From: Raillietiella orientalis
Taxonomy: Eukaryota
Direction of reading: 5' to 3'
Length of the DNA: 64,000 bases
NCBI GenBank assembly: GCA_036172245.1
Contig: JAYWIR010000035.1
Location: 1,364,001-1,428,000, forward strand
Positions 55,810 through 64,000 of this stretch are shown in pieces. Each line of letters starts with the position of its first letter. Position 1 is the first letter of the stretch. Under the pieces are notes generated by a model. The model was not told where the DNA came from and did no database searches. It saw only the letters and a program-made list of their open reading frames with translations. Both the position numbers and the translations under genes were made by a program.

Positions 55810-58418
55810 ATGGGAAATATACACACTGTGGGTCCCAACGAGGCGCTCATTGTTTCAGGTATCTTGACCTTTTGTCAAAATTGTTTTTTAAAAGTGAAAC
55901 TTTAAAATAATATAAGTTTAATTTGATGGTATTCATACTTTTCACGTCTTCTAATTTTTGATGTAAGCACATGCAAGTATTTGCAAGAAGGTGTGATTTC
56001 TAACAGTTGTATTAAAGGAACGTGATAAAAAATTGTTAACTTGAATGCATTAGTGTACGTATGCACATCAATGGTTCCGACGATCTTTGTAATAGCAGTT
56101 ACGTTTTGGATGCAGATTCGATAGTGGTTAGATTTCATAAAACTGTCGTGTGTGTTCTGCACGTTCTAGGCTATCCAAATGATGATGATTTGCTCAATTC
56201 AGTTAGAAGTCCATCAGTTCTCACCGATATTTTTGCTTTATTGAATCTATCGGGACTGGAGGTAGTTCAGCAATAGAGTATCGTGTGGATCTCCGATAAA
56301 GCAATGAAATCCCCTTGAATCGAATCAATAAAGCAAAAATATTGCACATATTTTTTTTTGGCATTTCTTGTACAATACTTGTTTGGAGTAATGCGTAAGA
56401 AAGTTTCCAAGAGAATGTGTGATATGATTGTTTTTATGACATCTTTTCAAAAACTTTCAGCTTTGGTTTAGTGGTTTAATAAAACCGCCAAAAAGATATA
56501 AATTGTGTTACAAATTACTATTCTTAGTAACACTATGCTAAATGCACCCAACTTTGGGGCGTGTTTCGTTTGGATTTAAATTGTATAAAATTTCGGCATA
56601 TGCCAATTTCAGTCATGTATTTGTTCTTTTAGAGGTATCGTGTTCTCAAAATGTGCTTGAAGTCTTGTTCATTTCATTCATTAAGCACATGTTTTTGCAT
56701 GAGTGTTAGCTCCTTAGTGTCTATGAAAAGTACCTATAAACTATATTTGTTATTTTGCTTACCAAGGTGGCTGCTTTGGTTCTGAAAAAAAAGCAGTAGT
56801 TGGTGGCTGGACGTGGACATGGTGGCTTATAACTGATGTTCAGAAACTTTCTCTAGAGGTGTTTTTTTTTTCTTTCCTCAACAGTAACTCGGATGATTTA
56901 TTTGGAGAAAACATTGATTTGTGACCTGCAAAATTGTAGGTGATGACTCTCAACCCTCAGTGTGAATCTGTGGAAACAGCTCAAGGTGTTCCATTAAATG
57001 TAACAGGAGTAGCTCAATGCAAAATAATGCAGCATCGAGAACTATTGCAGACAGCATCTGAACAGTTTCTTGGGAAAACTAAGAAAGAGATTGCTTCAAC
57101 AGTTTTACAGACCTTGGAAGGTCACCTTCGTTCCATTCTAGGTATTTGAGTCTTTTCTCAGACTTTCACACTAACCTGTAAATTTTTTTCCCCAAAAATT
57201 GTTTTGCAGTACATGCTGTTCAGGTATTTAAGTCTGATTAATAGGTAATCAGTGTTTATTGTTTAGGTACTCTTAGTGTTGAAGAAGTTTACAAAGATCG
57301 TGACCAGTTTGCTGCTTTGGTTCGAGAAGTAGCAGCTCCTGATGTTGGTCGAATGGGAATTGAGATTCTTTCATTCACAATTAAGGATGTTTTTGATTGT
57401 GTTGAATATTTGTCGTCCTTAGGGAAAGCTCAAACAGCTGCCGTCAAAAGAGATGCAGCTGTTGGTATTGCACAAGCAAACAGAGATGCAGGCATTCGAG
57501 TAAGTATTCATTTACAGAACTTCATTTCATGTATGCATAGGAAGCAGAATGTGAAAGAGCAGCTATGGATGTAAAGTACAGTACAGATGCAAAGATTGAA
57601 GAACATGCACGGCAATTCAAATTGCAGAAAGCACAGTTTGATACAGAAGTCAATGCAGCTGTAAGGAAGATTAAAGATCTTTACATGATTCCATTTATGA
57701 TAGAAAGCAGAAGCACAACTGGCATATGAGTTACAAGCTTCTAGAATCAAACAGAAAATACGGGCTGAAGAAATACAAATTGAAATTGTCAAGAAACAAA
57801 AAGAAACAGAGATACAGAACCAGGAAGTCTTGAGAAAGAAGCATGACTTAAAAGCGAATGTACGACTTCCTGCTGATGCTGAAAGCTATCAACTGGAAAT
57901 CATTGCTAAAGGAAGAAGGTACAACTGTGAATAGGAGAAATTTTTAATAATTTCTGTTGACAGATCAGAACTACTTGATGCAGCAGCATCTGAAGCATAT
58001 CACATCAGGAAAATAGGTGATGCAGAAGCAACTTGCATTGCTTGCTTGGGAAAATCAGAAGTGGAAGCTATGAAACACCGAGCTAATGCTTTTAAACTTT
58101 ATGGTGAAGCTGCAACAGTGGCTCAAGTATTAGAAACTCTTCCCAAGGTAATGAATGTTTTGCTGTAGCAGTGACATCCATAATGCATTGGGACTGTAGT
58201 TTGCAGCTGAAGTTGCAGCACCACTAGCAAAGACGGAAGAAATCGTAATTTTGGGAGGAGAAAGTGGTCTTACTGCTGACGTAAGTCGTATAGTAGGACA
58301 GATTCCACCCTCCATCAAAGCACTTACTGGTGTGGATATTTCAAAGGTATATATAAAATAAAGAAAGTCTAATCAAACATGAATATAGGTTGTTTCCAAA
58401 ATTCCTGGTGCTGCTTAA
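55810..58418 (+). CDS. FLOT2: Flotillin-2 (reggie-1; SPFH domain plus flotillin coiled coil), 423 aa
   Basis: Exons 55810-55858, 56767-56858, 56940-57141, 57267-57499, 57541-57660, 57704-57918, 57964-58147, 58200-58346 and 58389-58418 join in frame (1272 nt). Sequence: MGNIHTVGPNEALIVSGGC, VMTLNPQCESVETAQGVPLNVTGVAQCKIM, LQTLEGHLRSILGTLSVEEVYKDRDQFAALVREVAAPDVGRMGIEILSFTIKDV, ALTGVDISK. Confidence 0.97.
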
Positions 58419-58465
58419 AGTTAGACCTGTACAGTACACTGCCTAATGAAACGCTCCAGCTGCCA

Positions 58466-58471
58466 TTTATT
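58466..58471 (-). terminator. Polyadenylation signal AATAAA for the MYBBP1A-like gene
   Basis: tttatt on + strand 54 nt downstream of the minus-strand stop at 58525. Confidence 0.55.
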
Positions 58472-58524
58472 TACATGTATGGAGATCTCATTTTGACATT
58501 TTTGTTAAAATATTACTGTTATAG

Positions 58525-61500
58525 TCAAGCCAATGTATTGCTCAATTCAGATTTTTTTAAAACTTGTGTTTCATTTGTCAAACTCCATCGGGCTTTCTTT
58601 TCCATTGGAACATCATCAGAGGTACTGCTATATGCGTTTTTTGCATGAAAATTTCGTTTTGGTGAATCTTTTTGAAGGTGTAAATCTATTCCTCTTTTCT
58701 GCTTTCTTTCTTTCTTTCTTTCTTGTGGTCTATTTTCTAACTGCATTGTCACATGCTTGTTCCTAAAGTTTCATTAACAAGTCAAAGGAATTTCTTGCCT
58801 CTTTGCTATTACTTACTTAATACTATTAAAGAGTGGTTTCATATTGGTTAATAGTTGTTGACCCCATTTTTTGTTAGCACATTTCTCCATGAGCATTGTC
58901 ATTGTTTTTGTTGGAATCCATGGGGTCTCTGTTTGTTTGTCATAAAGAACTTTCTTCTTTTGAAGCAAACTCAATAAAGAACATAATTCCCGAAGTTGCT
59001 GTTTTTTGATCTGATCACCATCAAGATATGCTGCAACTCCACTAAACAAATTGTGGAGCAAATGTTCCAATTGTTCTTTAGAAATAGATTTTTCAAATGA
59101 TGGTTTAGAGAAAAATCTTAGCAACAACGTGAGAGCTTGTTTTTGGCGGAATGGTCGTAGAGATTTGGCAAAAGTAAGAGATCCTAACTGTACAGCTATG
59201 GATCCAGCTCCTATCCAATTCAAACAAACTCCTTGCTGCAATAAGCTCATGGGGATGATGCTGTTACTATAACATATGTAACTGACATGTGAGAATTCCA
59301 TGCTTTACCTTTTTCCGAACATCTCGTCAACAACTTGTATGTAAAGTGGAACAAATGCATCAGCACTGCCAGCTGTCACAGCTATTTTTAATATGAAGTG
59401 ACAGCATTGGCTGTAAACTTCCAATTCCTTTGGTAACATGACTGAAACAGGTTTTTCTCAGAGAGTTAAAAATTGCTTTACCTCTGCTAAACAGTCCTTT
59501 AATATGAGTCCATGTGGTTAAAAGCTGGGACTCCTCCACTCCTGAACTAAATGGCAAACGCTTTTCTGTTAGTTTTTTAAGAAAACTGCTGATTTTTTCT
59601 TTTAATGGTTGTAAAGATATATCTGCAGCACAACCTGCCATCACATCTATCAGTGACACCAAAACAAAAAGTGCCAATTTAGCAGGAGGATAACTTTTAA
59701 GGTATTCAATTAAAAGATTACAACAACGAATTCGGAAGTGAATGACAGTCTGATCTTTTGATGTTTTTGCTTCTTTGTAATGGCTTAAAGCACTGAATGT
59801 TTGCACTAGAATTTGGTCCAATCTGTCCATAGTCTCCTCATCCAAATCACTTATGTTGACTGACTCCTGCATTACTCTAGATCATTAATATTAACTGATC
59901 TTTTAAGACTTACTTCATCCGAATCAACTTGTCCAAGAGCTTTCTTTACAGGCTGCCAAATTTCTTCCTCGCAAGTATCTATTTCTTCATGTGAAGACAT
60001 GTCACTAAGGGATACAACATCACTGTTAGCATCTTCATTAATTTCATCTTTCATCTCATCTTTACCAGCAACAATCTAAAAAAGCTGCGGTGTACAATGG
60101 TCACAATCTCAGACAAAATTTACATTGACTAGCACGTGTAAGGATTCTTCTGTGATGACAGCACACATCAAACGAAAAATACGACAAACAATTTTAGTGA
60201 TCCATTGATTTTCCTGTGACTCCAAAAGACTTATCATCAATTGTAAAAAAATGCGCATGCACTCTTCTTGTTTCCCCGATGATATCTTACTTTGAACCTG
60301 GTCACAATTCTCTTGCAGAATCTATGAATTACATGCACACAATCTTAACTTTCATGTAAACATAACTTACTTGTAATGTTACAGAAAAGGCTGGATCATT
60401 GAGTACTAGAAGGCCCATGAAGCGAAACAGTACTCGAAAACTTTGAAGACATAAATTAGCACTTGGTTGCAAACCATAGCTATCAGTTTTCCATGCAGCA
60501 GTAGTTTTTGTTATAAGTTTCCAAAATTTCAAACTCTAGATTAACCAGTTTGCATATTAGGCAGCGATTTCTTTTTACCTGTTCACTTGGCTTAATGACC
60601 AATTCAGCAGTTTCACTTTTTAATAAACGTATCGCTTCTTGAGTTACAGCGCTAAGTATCTCATCCATGGTATTGAGTTTTGATGATGACAAGTGCAACG
60701 CCATGAAAAAGTAAGGAAACATGAAACGCCGAATATCCGCATTTTCTGGCATAACAGGCACGCTTTGAGTAGGGGTTTTCAATTTGAATAATGCCAAGGA
60801 CAAAAAAAACTTGAGCTTCCTTATTTTCCACGAAGTTTCATTTTCAAGCTGCTTGCATCCTAAAATAACAGCCAACGTTCTAGCAGCTGTTTGGTGGTAT
60901 TCTCCTATTTGACTAGCTACGAACATTTTCTGACAGATGTTCCCTAAAGTTTTTAGAGAATTACTCTGGCTGTGTGATATAAGCTTGTGCATTATTGGTA
61001 TTCCTGAAAAAAAGTCCATTTGTAAGTATTGGAAAGGACAATCCTACCAATAACATCATCAAGTGCGAAGACCTCCGCAGAACACATTAAAGATTCAAGA
61101 ATTTCGGTTTGCAAAGAGGTTTTCTCAGCATAAAAATTAATCAATGCTTCCAGAAATCCATTAACCGCTGTTTCATCATTGCACTGATTATCTGAGGATT
61201 TGTACTGTTTGATAATGACTGCAACAAGTTCAGGAATTAAAAGGGAATGTATCTAAGGGAAATTAGAATTTCATGTATCAAAAATAATACAATGCTAACC
61301 ACTTGTTGTTCTGAACAGCATTTGATAGCTTCAGTTATCATTTGACAAAGAATATCCAATTGAATTCTAGTACATTTTGCTAACCAATCTTTCACCACAA
61401 CAGTCCAGAACTCTTTTAAAACTTTTGCTGCATTTAGTCTTTCAATTAATGTCTTTAATAATGGATGCACTGCTGGTAACACAGTTGCAGTTCTCTATGT

Positions 61501-62034
61501 GCACATAGTTTTTGAACAATAAGATTTTCCAATAATACTCACTCTAATGACTCTTTTCAGCTTACTGAAATTTTTGATCTGAAGTACGGACTGATAATTA
61601 ATAGTATTCATCTCTAGAGGAAGCTTTTCTTCTAAAGTAAGCACAATCCAAAGTTGTTCTGGTAACCAAATTTCCAAATCATTTTTTAACCACTGTTGTA
61701 TGTGTGAAAGAGTATTTTTCATAACATTTTTGACATTAGACTAAAATTGTTCAAACAAATATTGGCAATTTTTTCAACTGATTAATACTTTACTTTAGTC
61801 AACAAAGCATTATAAAACATGGCAGCAATCAATGAATAATGAGTTTTTTGCTCTATGCAGTGTAACAGAACATCTGTTACTGGTTCCGCATGTTCTTTCA
61901 AATCCTTCCTGCTGTGGATCAGTGCTCCTAAAGTTAAAATATGATGCAATTCCTGAAAATTAGAGCACATAAACTAAAACATCGCTATTTCTTTTGTAGT
62001 CACCAGTCTAACTGGTAAGTACTTTTCCACTATT
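58525..62034 (-). CDS. MYBBP1A: Myb-binding protein 1A / Pol5 (DNA polymerase phi family)-like nucleolar protein; 5' end unresolved (~980 aa traced)
   Basis: Exons 62034-62004, 61952-61794, 61740-61543, 61494-61300, 61252-61048, 61003-60579, 60535-60371, 60321-60124, 60075-59914, 59866-59482, 59441-59309, 59266-58817 and 58762-58525 join in frame with GT-AG introns. Helical protein with LGALIHS, EFWTVVV, ISLL..IF..ITEESL, an acidic tract, DEETMDRLDQIL..F, HFRIRCCNLL and a basic C-terminal tail, as in MYBBP1A. Divergent, so identity is less sure than structure. Confidence 0.8.
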
Positions 62035-63587
62035 CTTAACAGAAAAAAAAATCAAAAATTTGAATGACTACCCTCAAAACACTGTAACTTTCTTATTTAA
62101 TTCACTCTATCACTTAATATGTTTCTGAAAATCTCGTACACGCTGCACTACATATTTTGTCATCATTTGCATCATGTAAAGTGAACTCACAAATGAAGAG
62201 TATGCTGAGATCACATGCTCCATTTTATAAATAATTACAATCTGCAAATATGTGCATGCAATCAATGTGTTACAAAGCTGCATTACCAAAAGCTCTGTTG
62301 CAAACTTTTTATTCTCTAATCAAAACATGATTTGCAATTTTCTTTTACACAGCCTTCGTAATTAATCATGGAAAAATGCTGACTGACTTCAAGGAAAATG
62401 TGCACATTTTAGATACGCGATTTTCTAAAACAACAATTCAAACATCCAGTGAGAGTATTTACACAATACTTATTAGTTATTCCTTATGAATACTGAAAAA
62501 TACACCACATCATGCTTGCGAATAATGATAACGACAAAGTTCCGTCGTGATCTTTTAAAGAAATATATCAGTGAAAGGCTTCATTTCTCACACTCATGGA
62601 TCTCTCACCCTTTAGTCTGGCAAGCTGTTTCAATGGGGCAATGATGATATGAATTAACTTAACACTAGCACGTTAAGAGAATTCAAAATATCGAACATAT
62701 ATCGAATCATTGTGCTTCTTGATTACATGAAATGCTGTTTTCGCAACCAAAATTGGCAAATTAATTTGCATTATGGAAGTGTGCTTTCTACATATCAAAA
62801 ACATGAAAATAATACTTTCCATTTCTCAATAGCCATGCATAAGAATTAAAATTCTATACATAACATGTTGCAGTAATTTAGGAAGGCATCATATCACTAT
62901 TGAATGATCAGGTGATTTATGTATCATGATTAGATGATACAAAAATTACTAGGTCCATGTGTTTTCAACATAATGCTTATCCACATATTTACATACAACA
63001 TCTTTTTGCTAATCCTAGGTGAATAATTAGCTAAGTTAGCAAACATCCTAGGTTGCAAATCAGCTAAACCTTTCCCAAAACTTTTAAAATGCAGAGGTGG
63101 AGAAACCCATAAAAGAAACCTCAGAATTAATGAACTAAAAGACATTTACTGCTTCCTCTAGAACTTCAGCATCATTACTGATTACCTATTTTATGACCAT
63201 TAGATTTGCATTTCTTCAGATTATGCATATTTGGTCCCTGAACATTCATTTTGAAATTCTGAAATTTATTTCATTGATAATGATAATTATTTATGGAAAG
63301 CTAATATTTTAATGTAATAAATTCCATTGTTACTTAAATAATCGTTAAAGAACGCAACTAAATTGGATGTACTGTAAGAATTTACACATAGCTTCGGGGC
63401 AGTCAAGCTCAGGAAAACACCAACCAGAATAAGGTTTGCTCAAATTGTCCCAAACTGTATTCCATAAAGAATGCCTTTATATGGCAATGAATTCATTGTC
63501 TGACTTTTCCGTTTGTTTCTTGCATTCTTGTATGAACTAGAATTGCTGATAATAAAAAACGATGGTTGATGAATGTTTTTTTTTAAG

Positions 63588-63938
63588 ATGGCAGATGGGA
63601 TTGCTGATTATGAAGGGAGAAGAATGCAAAACTTACAACACAAATATGTCAAAGAGCAAATGCTGAAAAGCAATATGACACGCTGGATGTACGTCATATG
63701 AAGAATACTAGTGATTACATTAAAAAACAGACACACACAAAGAAAACCAATGATGCTCACATTAATTTCTTCTCTACTTTGCAAAGGATAATTTCTACTG
63801 GATTTAAAGAGCGACAAATAGGTAAATTAATAGCCTTTTGCAACATCTGTGCATTTTTCTTTATAAACTATCATAATCTTAACAGGTTCCTCCCTCCTTC
63901 AAACAGTCTTGGATTATTTCATTAAATTTATGGAATAA
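63588..63938 (+). other. Candidate small three-exon transcript / 62-aa ORF of unknown function
   Basis: 63588-63688, 63787-63821 and 63886-63938 join in frame via GT-AG introns (98 and 64 nt); AATAAA at 63934 and 63941. No homology recognised. Confidence 0.3.
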
Positions 63939-64000
63939 ACAATAAAACCATTTTATGGTGACTTCTTGAGTATAATCTATATTACCTTGGTTTCCTAACT

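Noticed and set aside
59385..59430. Apparent need for a GA-AG or 37-nt intron in the MYBBP1A-like gene
   Set aside because: Resolved by a canonical 40-nt GT-AG intron at 59442-59481.

Overview
Eukaryotic (animal, probably arthropod-like) genomic DNA, not prokaryotic, with two compartments. About 1-38 kb is relatively GC- and CpG-rich and contains no protein-coding gene I can support; the many short ORFs look like chance. It does contain decayed mobile DNA: a 2.3-kb segment bounded by ~220-bp inverted repeats with a frameshifted Harbinger/ISL2EU-like transposase remnant, two LINE remnants, and an inverted pair of degenerate ~42-bp minisatellite blocks. It also has perfect hairpins and enhancer-like motif clusters. 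About 38-64 kb is AT-rich and CpG-poor and holds four intron-rich housekeeping genes whose exons I traced by hand: ZER1 (-, 10 exons, 775 aa), PHF12 (-, 11 exons, 704 aa), flotillin-2 (+, 9 exons, 423 aa) and a MYBBP1A/Pol5-like gene (-, at least 13 exons, 5' end unresolved). The most distinctive signal is the splicing architecture: 32 introns of only 40-54 nt, several with no polypyrimidine tract, one GC-AG intron, and an in-frame stop in every 3n-length intron. I did not find a clearly novel multi-gene system. The best leads are the intron architecture, the inverted-repeat elements and two candidate unannotated spliced transcripts.
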